From an uncultured bacterium (GTDB taxonomy: Bacteria; Verrucomicrobiota; Verrucomicrobiia; Limisphaerales; UBA8199): DNA of 64,000 bases. The DNA is taken from contig CAVVMW010000012.1 in assembly GCA_963749495.1 (NCBI GenBank), forward strand, positions 224,001-288,000, given 5' to 3'. Positions 53,253 to 63,298 of the stretch are shown here, piece by piece. The notes beneath the pieces were generated by a model, which did not search any database, was not told the DNA's origin, and was given only the letters and a program-made list of their open reading frames with translations. The translations under genes and the position numbers were made by a program. Numbering within the stretch: the first letter of the stretch is position 1; every line of letters starts with the position of its first letter.

Positions 53253-54107
53253 ATGACCAAAGCCTTGCAAGTCTCCTGTGTGCAGTTGCACTGGGCCAAG
53301 TCGCTCGAGCGCAATCTCGAACGCACCCGCCATTACATTCGGCTCGCCGCCGCCGAGGGGAGCCGGGTGGTGCTCTTTCCCGAAACCAGCCTGACCGGCT
53401 ACCATTTCCCGGACGTGTTCAATCTCGCCCCGGGCGCCGTCGAGGACGCCCTGGCGCAGACCTGCCAGGCGGCCCGGGAGGCCGGCATCTGGGCCATCGT
53501 CGGGAGCTTGCGCAAGACCGCCGATCGCTATCTGAACCTCGCCCACGTCATCTCTCCGGCCGGGGCGATTGTACACCAGTACGCGAAGGTCCACATGGCG
53601 GGCCTCCAGGAGCAGCGGTATTGCCGCGGCGGCAACAAGCTCTCGCTCTTCGAGATCGACGGCGTGCTCTGCACCCTGGTGATTTGCCGGGATGGGCGGC
53701 ACCCGGAGACCTACCGCATTCCCGCGATGGCCGGCGCCCAGGTCCTGTTTCATCCCTCGTGCAGCTCGGATGAGATCGAGGCCGTCATCTGGAAACGCAC
53801 CTCCGGCCGCGCCCAGCAGCCGGCAGGCCCCAACAGCCGGATCTTTCACTGCGTGGCCAACACGGTCGGCCAGCCCCCCGACGGCAAACAGACCTCCAGC
53901 GGGATGTCCTTCGTCCGCGAGCCCAACGGCATGCCCTTGGCCGAGGCGGGCTATTACCAGGAGGAGATGATCACCGCCGTCCTGGACCTCGGGCGGGCGG
54001 ACCGCAAGTACGTCCTGGACAGCCTGAAAGACCCCCCCTTCCTGCGCGGCTATTGGGAGAAGATGATCGAGGACGTTAAGCAGCGCGCGAATATGAAGCC
54101 AGAGTGA
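53253..54107 (+). CDS. Carbon-nitrogen hydrolase (nitrilase superfamily)
   Basis: E-K-C triad: LFPETS, YAKVH, VICRDGRHPE. Confidence 0.88.
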   Translation: MTKALQVSCVQLHWAKSLERNLERTRHYIRLAAAEGSRVVLFPETSLTGYHFPDVFNLAPGAVEDALAQTCQAAREAGIWAIVGSLRKTADRYLNLAHVISPAGAIVHQYAKVHMAGLQEQRYCRGGNKLSLFEIDGVLCTLVICRDGRHPETYRIPAMAGAQVLFHPSCSSDEIEAVIWKRTSGRAQQPAGPNSRIFHCVANTVGQPPDGKQTSSGMSFVREPNGMPLAEAGYYQEEMITAVLDLGRADRKYVLDSLKDPPFLRGYWEKMIEDVKQRANMKPE

Positions 54108-54128
54108 GCCCTGCTGATCCGTTGTCGC

Positions 54129-54320
54129 TCACCCTGCAGCGCCCAACTCCCTTTCGAGCATCGCGAGGAAAGCCTGCTGCCAACGCTGCTTTTGTCGCGC
54201 AACGGACTCCCGCGGGTCGAGCCGCTTCTCCAGACAGAGCCCCGACTGCGGTTCACTCAAGCGCAGAATGCGCCCGCCGTCCGCCAGCTTGAGCAAGAGC
54301 AATTCGATTTCCCGTTTCAT
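54129..54320 (-). CDS. Small hypothetical protein (63 aa)
   Basis: MKREIELLLLKLADGGRILRLSEPQSGLCLEKRLDP; TAATCT 6 nt upstream of the ATG. Confidence 0.55.
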   Translation of the reverse strand: MKREIELLLLKLADGGRILRLSEPQSGLCLEKRLDPRESVARQKQRWQQAFLAMLERELGAAG

Positions 54321-54436
54321 GGGGCCAGATTACGCCTAAAACCCGAACTCTTCCAGCATTTGCACCATTTGACCTGTGACAAGGCGCGACGAGGGAGCAT
54401 GTCCCCCATGGAGCTGTGAGCCTTTCCCTGGCCGCC

Positions 54437-55486
54437 TCAAGGTTGTTTGGGCGGTGGCGCGGGCTGGGGTTGGGGCTGGAGGCCGAGCTTTTTCTCGAGT
54501 TCGGCGACGCGGCGGAGGAGTTCGGGCAACTGCTGGAGGGCAATCATCTGGCGTTTGGCCTGGCGGTCGGGCTGGGCGGGGGTCCAGAGCCACTTCTCGC
54601 CGTCGGGGATGTTGTGCATGACGCCGGATTGGGCGCCGACGGAGACGCGGTTGCCGATTTTGAGGTGGCCGGCAACGCCCGCCTGGCCGGCGAGGATGAC
54701 GTAGTTGCCCAGCTTGGTGCTGCCTGCGATGCCGGCCTGAGAGACGACCAGGCAATGCTCGCCCAGCGTGACGTTGTGGGCAATCTGCACCAGGTTGTCG
54801 AGCTTGGAGCCCTTCCCGATGACCGTCGGGCCCAGGGCGCCGCGGTCAATCGTCACGCCCGCGCCGATCTCGACGTCGTCGCGAATGATCACGTTGCCAA
54901 TTTGCGGCACCTTGCGGTGAATGGCCCCGTCCTGCACGTAGCCGAAACCGTCGGAGCCGATGACCGTCGAGCTATGGACGCGGACGCGGTTGCCGATCTC
55001 GGTGCCGGGATAGAGGGTGACATTGGGGAAGAGATTGACCTCCTCGCCGAGCTGGCAGTTGGCGCCGACATAGTCGCCGGCTTGCAAGACCGAGCGGGCG
55101 CCGATGCGGACGTTGGGCCCCAGCACGCAGTAGGGGCCGACGTGCGCGCTGGCGTCCACCTGCGCGCTCTCCCGCACGATCGCCGTCGGGTGAATGCCGG
55201 GGGCGAAGACCGGCTCGGGAAAGAACAGCGGGAGGGTCTTGGCAAAGGCAATCCGCGCGTTGGGCACCCGGATCAGCGTCTTGCGGGCCGAGTCGAATGG
55301 CCCATCCACGATAATGGCCGAGGCGGCGCTCTGCTCCGCGCGGGCGAAGTAGCTCTGGTTCTCGGCAAAGGTCAGGTCGCCCGGTTGCGCGCGGTCGGCG
55401 GGGGCGAAACCCTGGATAACCAGGGCGGCGTCGCCCGCCACCTCGCCTCCGAGGAGCCGGGCAATCTCAGCAGCGGTAAAGGGCAT
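54437..55486 (-). CDS. lpxD: UDP-3-O-acyl-glucosamine N-acyltransferase
   Basis: Hexapeptide repeats, IGSDGFGY, QIGNVII.DDVEIGA..TIDRGA, KLDNLVQIAHNV. Confidence 0.96.
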   Translation of the reverse strand: MPFTAAEIARLLGGEVAGDAALVIQGFAPADRAQPGDLTFAENQSYFARAEQSAASAIIVDGPFDSARKTLIRVPNARIAFAKTLPLFFPEPVFAPGIHPTAIVRESAQVDASAHVGPYCVLGPNVRIGARSVLQAGDYVGANCQLGEEVNLFPNVTLYPGTEIGNRVRVHSSTVIGSDGFGYVQDGAIHRKVPQIGNVIIRDDVEIGAGVTIDRGALGPTVIGKGSKLDNLVQIAHNVTLGEHCLVVSQAGIAGSTKLGNYVILAGQAGVAGHLKIGNRVSVGAQSGVMHNIPDGEKWLWTPAQPDRQAKRQMIALQQLPELLRRVAELEKKLGLQPQPQPAPPPKQP

Positions 55487-55594
55487 AATGCGCCAGCTTG
55501 ACTGGCGCGTGCCACTATATAAGGGCCTGCGGGCCTAATTCAATCCCAGACTCTGAGATTGCCCGCGTGTGGCAAAGCACGTAGGGTTGGCGGC

Positions 55595-57247
55595 ATGAAT
55601 TGCAAAGCTCGAGGGATTCGCCGCTGGTCATTAGGCGTCGGGGCGCTGATTTCAATGATTGCGGTCCCGGCGGTTGCCGGGGAGGGGGGCGGGCTGGCGA
55701 TGCTGCCGCTGCCGCAGCAGGTCGAGCCGGGCAGCGGCGTGTTCAAGCTCGGGTCCCGCGCGCGCATCCTGGTGGGTGCAGGCGCGCGGGTGACGGGCCA
55801 GTACCTGGCCCTGCGGCTCGCCCCGGCCCTGGGGAGCGCACCCGAGCTGGGCACGGAAACCGAATCGGCCGCGGGGAACCTGGTCCTGAGCTGCTGGGAC
55901 GCCAGCGCCTCGCTGGGGGCCGAGGGTTACGAACTTGTGGTGACGAAGGATTCAGTCGTGATTCGCGCAGCGGGCGCCGCGGGCCTCTTTTACGGTGTGC
56001 AGACCCTGCTCGAGCTATTGCCTGCCGAGGTCCTGGCGGCCAAACCGCCGGCGGGGCGTGAGTGGACGCTTCCCTGCCTGCGCATCCAGGACCAGCCGCG
56101 TTTCAAGTGGCGCGGCCTGCTGCTGGACGTGGCGCGCCACTTCTTCACAAAGGACCAGGTCGAGCAGCTCCTGGACCTGATGGCGCTGCACAAGCTCAAC
56201 AGCCTCCAGTTGCACCTGACCGATGACCAGGGCTGGCGCATCGAGATCAAGAAGTATCCCCGCCTGACCGAGGTTGGGGCGTGGCGCCAGGGCATCGGTT
56301 TCGGTCTCGATCCCAAGGCCAGCACCGCCTATGGCCCCGACGGGCGCTACGGCGGCTACTACACCCAGGCGGACATCCGGGAACTGGCCGCCTACGCGGG
56401 AGCCCGCCATATCACCCTGGTGCCCGAAATCGAAATGCCGGGCCACTCCAGCGCGGCCCTTTCGGCCTACCCCCAGTTCAGTTGCGCCGGCCAGGGCCAC
56501 AGCGTCAACGTGGACGGCGGGATCTTTGCCGGCATCTATTGCCCGGGCAACGAGGCCGCCTTCAAGTTCATCGAGGACATCCTCACCGAGGTCATTGATT
56601 TGTTCCCTGGCAAGTACGTCCATATCGGCGGCGACGAAGTGCCCAAGGACACCTGGCAGAAGTGCCCCAAGTGCCAGGCGCGCAAGACCGCCGAGGGACT
56701 CAAGGACGAGAAAGAGCTGCAAAGCTATTTCGTCCGCCGCGTCGAGAAGTTCATTAACTCGAAAAACCGCAGCCTCGTCGGCTGGAGCGAGATCCTCGAA
56801 GGCGGCCTGGCCCAAAACGCGGTGGTGATGGATTGGATCGGCGGCGGCCTCGAGGCCGCCAGCGCCGGGCACGACGTGGTCATGACCCCCACCGCGTATT
56901 GCTACTTCGATTATTACCAGTCCACCAACCACGCCACCGAGCCGCGCGCCATCGGCGGTTTCTTGCCGCTGGACCAGGTCTATGCCCTCGAGCCGGTGCC
57001 CGCAAAGCTCGGCCCTTTGTTCCAATCGCGCATCCTCGGCGCCCAGGCCAATCTCTGGACCGAGTACGTCCCCAACTTCAAACGCGCTCAATACATGCTC
57101 TTCCCGCGCTTGTGCGCCCTGGCCGAGGCCGCCTGGTCCCCCAAGGCCTCGCGCAGCTATCCGGACTTCACCCGGCGCTTGAGGACCCATCTCCAGCGCC
57201 TGGACCAGCTCGGCGTGAACTACCGCAAGGGCATGCCGGGGCAGTGA
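55595..57247 (+). CDS. Beta-N-acetylhexosaminidase (GH20), secreted
   Basis: DQPRFKWRGLLLDVARHF, HLTDDQGWR, PEIEMPGH, HIGGDE, GAQANLWTE. Confidence 0.95.
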   Translation: MNCKARGIRRWSLGVGALISMIAVPAVAGEGGGLAMLPLPQQVEPGSGVFKLGSRARILVGAGARVTGQYLALRLAPALGSAPELGTETESAAGNLVLSCWDASASLGAEGYELVVTKDSVVIRAAGAAGLFYGVQTLLELLPAEVLAAKPPAGREWTLPCLRIQDQPRFKWRGLLLDVARHFFTKDQVEQLLDLMALHKLNSLQLHLTDDQGWRIEIKKYPRLTEVGAWRQGIGFGLDPKASTAYGPDGRYGGYYTQADIRELAAYAGARHITLVPEIEMPGHSSAALSAYPQFSCAGQGHSVNVDGGIFAGIYCPGNEAAFKFIEDILTEVIDLFPGKYVHIGGDEVPKDTWQKCPKCQARKTAEGLKDEKELQSYFVRRVEKFINSKNRSLVGWSEILEGGLAQNAVVMDWIGGGLEAASAGHDVVMTPTAYCYFDYYQSTNHATEPRAIGGFLPLDQVYALEPVPAKLGPLFQSRILGAQANLWTEYVPNFKRAQYMLFPRLCALAEAAWSPKASRSYPDFTRRLRTHLQRLDQLGVNYRKGMPGQ

Positions 57248-57345
57248 CAGACACAAAAATTGTATCTATACGGATGCAACCGCAACGCAATGGGGCTGCC
57301 CCAATAGGGGCGAGTGCCCCCCTGGATCGCTGAGCAGCTCTTTTT

Positions 57346-57517
57346 TTCCGCGTATTCCGCGTGTTCCGCGGTTGCCATCACCTGCCGTAGCCGTATCGGC
57401 CCCGCTCCGCCACGATGCGCTCAATTTGGATGGTAAATAAGATCGGTTTTCATGGCCGGCGAGGTTGGCATAACTCCGAAGAAGAATGAACCGCGGAATA
57501 CGCGGAACACGCGGAAA
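57346..57517. repeat. Inverted pair of 9-mer tandem repeats
   Basis: TTCCGCGTATTCCGCGTGTTCCGCGGTT and AACCGCGGAATACGCGGAACACGCGGAA about 115 bp apart. Confidence 0.8.
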
Positions 57518-57621
57518 TGAACAGGTCTAATGGTTACTAGTTTGTCCCGCACCCTCGGACTTTTCCGGACCGCCAATGCGCTTGTTTTTTCTCCGTCACC
57601 GCATAACCTGTTGCCAAACAA

Positions 57622-58428
57622 ATGGCTCTCGAATCCAAGCCGCTCTTTCACCCGGAGGTCCTCCGCCAGCAGGTGCGGGCGTTCAACTTGCCGGAGAGCG
57701 TGAGAGACTGGAAGCCCAAACTCCGGCACTGGGCCGACCTCATAGCTTCCGGCCGCGCGGACGATTTCAAGGAAACCGCCCTGCTCCCTGATTTCTTCAC
57801 CGACATTTTTTGCGGCCTGCTCGGCTACACCGGCCCGGCCGAAACGGCGGACCCCTTCACCTTCTCCCCAGAACGGCGCGTCGAGGTGGACGGCAAGGTC
57901 GCCGATGCCGTCCTGGGCCGGTTCCAGAAGGGCAAGGGACAATTCGTGGCGATCCTCGAAGGCAAGGGCGCCCGCAATCCGCTGGACCGCCCGTTTGCCG
58001 GGCGGCGCATGTCCGCCGTGGACCAGGCCTATCGCTACGCCATCAATCTCCCGTGCGACTGGCTCGTCGTCACCTCCATGCGGGAAACGCGCCTGTATCA
58101 CAAAGGCTCGCCGCAGAACGCTTACGAACGCTTTGAGACGGCCCGGCTGGCAGGCAATCCCGCGTTGCTCAAGCGCTTTGTCTTTCTCCTGGGCGCCGAA
58201 CGCGTCGTCCCTGCGCACCGCGACTGCCACTGGTATGAACTGCTTCGCGCCTCCGAATCCGTCGGGCGCAAACTCACCAACCAGTTCTACGCGCAATACG
58301 CGCGGACAGTTTGCCCGAGCCACTCGGCATGGGCGGCGCACGGGTGCCCGCTTCCACAAGGCCCCGAGGGACACCACAGCAACTCAACCTTGGTTCGCTC
58401 GACACGTGAAGGAAAACGGAGCAAATAA
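57622..58428 (+). pseudogene. 5' fragment of a Type IIG-like restriction-modification gene (nuclease domain only)
   Basis: DIFCGLLGY, VADAVLG..ILEGKG (PD-ExK), AVDQAYRYA (QxxxY), WLVVTSMRETRLY; plausible homology ends near LTNQFYAQYA (~58300); no MTase motifs follow. Confidence 0.75.
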
Positions 58429-58638
58429 GGGCTTGACCCCTCTTGGGGATTCGATGTTGGACATCTCCCGCCGCCGTGAGGTGCTGCCAGAAGGGTGGAC
58501 GAATGAAGAGGAGGTGGGGCTGATTGAGAAGGGTCGAGCGAGAGGCCCCAAGCCGGGCGATGCGCAGCAGGCCGAGCCGCAAAAGGCATCCTTGCCGAGA
58601 CGACAACTGTTCTGGTAAGGTTCCGGCCCATCGCGTTC

Positions 58639-59511
58639 ATGGTCATTGATTACAAAGGCCTTTTCGACAGGCTGACGAAGCGCTACGGGGGTGCCACCCC
58701 TGAGGCGCTCGAAGGCATTCTGTGCCCCGTCCTGATTCCCATTCGCTCACTCGACAAGGCCGTATTCAAAATTGCAGGACAACCGCATTGGCGGGCGTCG
58801 TTCACCGTTGCGATAGACAAGGACTCCGAAGACCTGATGGTTCCAGGTTGCACCGGCAAGTTCGTTTCCAAAGCCTACAAGCGCGGTGGCGGCTGGAAGG
58901 AAATCGCAAAAGGACGCATTCTCAAGGTTGACAACCAGTCCAGGGTTGCCGATGGCGAGGTTTATTGCGGGGGCAGAAAACACGACCTGGAAGCCGCGCT
59001 AGCGAAACTATCTGCCGACAACTACCTGGAGGTGGACCAATACGGCGCTTCCGCCAAGGTTTTGAGCGGCTTGGTCGAATACTCACTGGTCCAAGTCCTC
59101 AAGGCAGCGGGCTACACCGTACGCCGAATGCCGGAGGACATGGCGCAGCACATTGGCACCTACCTCCACTACGACTTCGAGGTGACAAAGGGCGGCACCA
59201 CGAAGAAGGTCGAAGTGAAGTCTCTATGGGGCACGAACACGAAGTTCGCCCGCTTGATTCACAGTTTGACCGATGGGTATCCGACCAGCAGCTGCAAGTT
59301 TGTCACACAGGACTTCTTCGCGGTGAGCCTGTTCCTGCGCAGCGGCAACATCCGCGACTTCGCTTTCGCCCGTTCCGTGCCCAAGAGCCTCAAGTCCTAT
59401 GGGCTGCCGTGTGCTGAAAAATATCCAGCTCACGTGAATCAGAATCCGACTTGTGAGATTGGCGACGGGACGTGGTTTGCGACGCTGGACGAGGTTTGGA
59501 AACTGAAGTAG
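58639..59511 (+). CDS. Putative restriction endonuclease, PD-(D/E)XK fold
   Basis: SGLVEYSLVQVLKAAGYTV...YDFEV...KKVEVKS motif; convergent with an MTase. Confidence 0.65.
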   Translation: MVIDYKGLFDRLTKRYGGATPEALEGILCPVLIPIRSLDKAVFKIAGQPHWRASFTVAIDKDSEDLMVPGCTGKFVSKAYKRGGGWKEIAKGRILKVDNQSRVADGEVYCGGRKHDLEAALAKLSADNYLEVDQYGASAKVLSGLVEYSLVQVLKAAGYTVRRMPEDMAQHIGTYLHYDFEVTKGGTTKKVEVKSLWGTNTKFARLIHSLTDGYPTSSCKFVTQDFFAVSLFLRSGNIRDFAFARSVPKSLKSYGLPCAEKYPAHVNQNPTCEIGDGTWFATLDEVWKLK

Positions 59512-61754
59512 CTCCGACAGCGCGCCACGCGCCCTCGGCGTCTCCTAATGTCACGGTAAAGTGCTTCCGGAGGTGATAGAGGCGCCCTTCTGCCGCCGCA
59601 ATTTCCTCTGCCTGTTGCTCCAAACGCGGCAGATCTTCCCTGCGGATGGGTAGCAGCACGTCCAACAAACAAGATTCACTGATGGCAGGATAGGCAATGC
59701 CAACGTTGTTCCGCATGAGTTGCCTAATGGCGAACTCGCTTTTCAGCAGCTGGGCCAGTGTGTGCGGGTCGATCTTCGTGCAACGGAGTACAGCCAAGCC
59801 GGTGGTGCAGACGGAGCCCTCGTGGTGCGGGCCGACCACCCCCACAGTGCCGCGTTCCGGCCTAACGGTCGACACCAGCACGTCCCCTGCGCGCACAAGC
59901 TTGCGCGCACGGCTTGGGGTGGTTTTGGTGTCAACGGCGTTGGGATAGACCATGCAAGTCTGTGAATCAATGTCGGAAATCTCGATGTAATTGAATTCCT
60001 TCGTTCCCCAGCGGCGAGGGTCCGCGCGTTCGTCAATCAGTTCAGCCACGTCGGCGACACGTAGGTCTGACTCGTTTTTGCGGTTGAGCCGTTGTTCAAT
60101 TTCCGTGGAAAGGGACGCATGGTGTTGGGCATCCCACCGTTCCAGGTCCGTGGCGTTTTCAATCCATTTGACCGATTGCAATTTGGCGGGGGCGGCGACT
60201 ATTTCATCAAGGATTCCCGGCAGATCGCCGGGACCATGCACAACTTTGGTTCGCTGGTTCGCCCGTGTCGCAACTGTGAAACCAATATCCTGGCAAATCC
60301 CAAACGCCGCACGGGGCGACTTGCCATCCCCTCTCCCCTTCTTGCGCAAGTGCAGTACCGAGGTTTTGGTATTTGTGCCAGCCGCCCCGAACGTGACAGT
60401 AGGCAACGAGACGACAGTGAATAGGTCAACCGCCTTTGCAATGCCCCGGCGCAGGTCCTCGAAAACCCCCTGGTTCGTCAAAATGCTGTCAGGAACGATG
60501 GCTATCAGGTGTCCGCCGGGTGCCAGCCAGTCCAAGTAGCGCTCAATGTAGAGAACCTCGGAGTCGAGCCGCCCAGGGAGCCGACGGCTCCATGCAGTCG
60601 CAATTTTATATCTCACCAGATCGTTCCCTTGGAAAGAGGCACCGAAGGGTGGATTCGTGAGAATGAGTTTCACCTTGCCGACCAGGGAATCGGTCAGCCT
60701 GCCATCGGTGCCATTCCGTGCCAGGGAGTTGGCGAGGTGTAGTTTGGTCATGGGGAAACCAAACATGGCGACATTGGTCAATGCCAGGCGAACCATGCGC
60801 TCGCTCTTGTCGATGCCCACGACCACGTTCTCCAGGATGTTCCTCAGCCAAAGTTCGCGGGATTTGGTGTCTTCCACCTTGCGTTCGACTGTCTCACGCA
60901 AAGTTTGGACCATCTCCACCAGAAACGAGGCTACGCCGCATGAGGGGTCGAGAATGAGACCAGGCTCGCCGCACCGTTTGGGACTGCAAAGAGTCTCGAG
61001 GTCCTCACCGGCAAGCGCGTTCATGGCCAGACCAATCATGAACCGAACAACCTCAGGCGGCGTGAGGTATTGGCCAAGTTCTTTCTCGTCGATAAAGGAG
61101 TCCGCAAGGAACTTCCCGAAGACCTCGTTCAGGATGTCCAAACCGGAGAAATTGAAGGCGTTCGTTTGCCGGCGGAGCGTCTCGAAACATTCCACCAACT
61201 CTTGGGCAAGTTCTTCCTCCTGCGGCTTGAGTTTGAGTTCGAAATCCTTGAGGTCAACTTCGTGGGCCAACGATGCTGGCAGCGCCTGGTGAATTGTCTC
61301 GTCAACGAAGCTTTTGAGAGCACTGGCAAGGCCGAAACCCTTCTTTTGACGCTGGGCCAGCGTCAGCCTGGAAATGCCCTCCGCGCCAAACCGCGTGGCT
61401 TCCACGTGAGCAAACAGCAACTTTGAGAGTTCGTCTAGCGCCTGGCTCCGTGACGAAAGGCGGCCCCTCTTGTGTAGAATCTCACGGATGGAACGGAGGG
61501 TTTGGTCCACAGCCTCGGTGATCATCGGATGATGCGGCGTGACGCGGTAAGGTGGTGCAGTCTCCCGCAAGGCTTGGGGCTGGTGGATTACCTCGGCGTA
61601 AATCTGGCGAAGCTTCGCCTCGGTACGCGGGCCGGGGTTTAGCCTCCCCGGTGAGCCAGCGCTGTACCGAAGTGGGAGATGCCTTTAGCTGGACCGCCAG
61701 CAATTGCGGGTCACCGGCATGGGTGTCCAGAACGGCTTTCAGGATCTTGTTCAA
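59390..61754 (-). CDS. XRE-HTH + N6-adenine DNA methyltransferase (HsdM-like) + single HsdS-like TRD fusion (frameshift ~61622)
   Basis: HTH LAVQLKASPTSVQRWLTGEAKP; removing one C joins it as AYEAKLRQIYAEV; GQYLTPPEVV, ILDPSCG, ILTNPPFG, IVPDSIL; TRD NYIEISDID..PSRARKLVRAGDVLVSTVRP. Confidence 0.85.
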
Positions 61755-61771
61755 TTGATTCCACGCCGTTC

Positions 61772-61824
61772 AGCATACGCCCTGCAAGGGATCTGTCAAC
61801 ATATATCTACACGCCGTGTAAGAT
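61772..61824 (-). promoter_or_regulatory. MTase promoter with an adjacent imperfect palindrome (candidate operator)
   Basis: Minus strand TTGACA(61799-61794)-16-TATGCT(61777-61772); ATCTACACG-C-CGTGTAAGAT at 61805-61824. Confidence 0.6.
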
Positions 61825-62207
61825 TCTGGTTCCCCTACCTGCATTGGCGTGTATGATTGTGTTTTGGCCCCTCCGCGGGAATCCTGGGAGGTTCGAAAAA
61901 ATCAGAACCCCGTGGTCTGTGCGGTAGGGGATCCGCACATTCGCTCGATATCTTCGGGCCCTGCGCAACTGCAAGTCCGTCAAGCGGCTTGTGAAAACTC
62001 TCCTTCAGCGTGCGGCAGGGCCGTGCGACATGCCGCAGCGTGGTGCAGGGGCCAAGGAGCGTGGAGCATGGAACGGGTAGCGGCCGGAAAAAAGCCGGTG
62101 CAAAAATCGGGCGTCGGGAACGGGGTCGGTTGCGCATAACACACATTTTGGGAGGCTGCAGTGCAACAAAAGGCATTACGGGCGTCTAGCCGCAATCGAC
62201 CCGGTTT

Positions 62208-62494
62208 AGCAGCACGCTTCTCGCCTTGGCCAAACTCGATTCCGACCCCTGGTGGCCGAAGTCAAGGGCATCCTGGGCAAGAAACACCCGGTAACCGCCG
62301 CCGGCATTCATGCGCTGCGGGCCGAATACACCCGCCGCATTGAACCCGCCCGCGCCCTCGCCGCCGAGACCTTGAAACTGGAGCGCACCCTCAGCGACCT
62401 CGTCAACCAAGCCTACGCCCTGACCCCGGCAGAAATTGACCTGATGTGGAAAACGGCCCCGCCCCGCATGCCCATCCCGCCGCCCGCAACATGA
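62208..62494 (+). pseudogene. 3' fragment of a Type IIG-like RM gene
   Basis: LLALAKLDSD..VAEVKG...LERTLSDLVNQAYALTPAEIDLMW resembles the V..LY.LT.EEI terminal motif of Eco57I/TaqI-like enzymes; no start context. Confidence 0.65.
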
Positions 62495-62692
62495 GTTCCA
62501 CCGGCCTACGGCCTCACCCGGTTCCGGTTGGGGGTAGAACGCGCAGCGGTTGAGCGTGGGCAGCCGAGGGTGTCTGGCTTGGTTGCTGAGCGCCCCCCAG
62601 ATCTGCTCAAGCGAGTCAAATTGACGAGCCGGCAGAAGGTGAGCCGGGAATCCGTAACGACCGTTGCGTTGAAGCGCGGCGCTGCCACGAAA

Positions 62693-63298
62693 TCAGTAAA
62701 CCTTCGGCAGCTCGCCTCGCAGCCGTTTCGCGAGCCAACTTTCCTCGATGCCGTCAAGACGGCTGTTCGATTTCACCCTCAGCGTCCTCAGATTGGGCAG
62801 GTCTCTTGGGAATCCCATGACCAGCTCATAGCCTTCCGGATCGCACAGAAGAAGGGCACGGAGTTCTCGCATTCGCTGCGATCGCCATCGCCGGTAGCGC
62901 GGCTCGTTCAATCGCAGGTTGCACACGAGCCGGCTTCCAATTTTGTTCAGCGGAATGATTGTGCCGTCGGAGCCGGCGCGCAAGCATTGGCCGTAAGCCA
63001 CGAGGCAGGGGTCGGGCACGCGTTTGTTCGACTTGAAGCGGTTACAGCATTGGCAAGCAAGGACGAGGTTGTCGTAAAGGCAGGCGAGCCCCTTCGCTTC
63101 CTCCTGTGGGATGATGTGGTCCACAGTCCAGACATCCGTCGGCGCCCACACCATCCGCTTCAGGCAATAGACACAACGGAATGTGAATTCATCTTCCAGC
63201 CACGGACGGTAGCTTTGGTAATCGGTGTAGCCCGCCGGCCCGTGTCGGCGGCAATGCGGTTCGCTCGGGTACGCGAACGGTTCAGCGGCTGGAGTCAC
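62693..63298 (-). CDS. HNH endonuclease
   Basis: FRCVYC, VDHIIP, NLVLACQCCNRFK; GTGA overlap with the upstream gene. Confidence 0.88.
   Translation of the reverse strand: MTPAAEPFAYPSEPHCRRHGPAGYTDYQSYRPWLEDEFTFRCVYCLKRMVWAPTDVWTVDHIIPQEEAKGLACLYDNLVLACQCCNRFKSNKRVPDPCLVAYGQCLRAGSDGTIIPLNKIGSRLVCNLRLNEPRYRRWRSQRMRELRALLLCDPEGYELVMGFPRDLPNLRTLRVKSNSRLDGIEESWLAKRLRGELPKVY

Noticed and set aside
58454..58618. Small ORF upstream of the nuclease as a controller (C) protein
   Set aside because: No HTH pattern; more likely a gene remnant or spurious.
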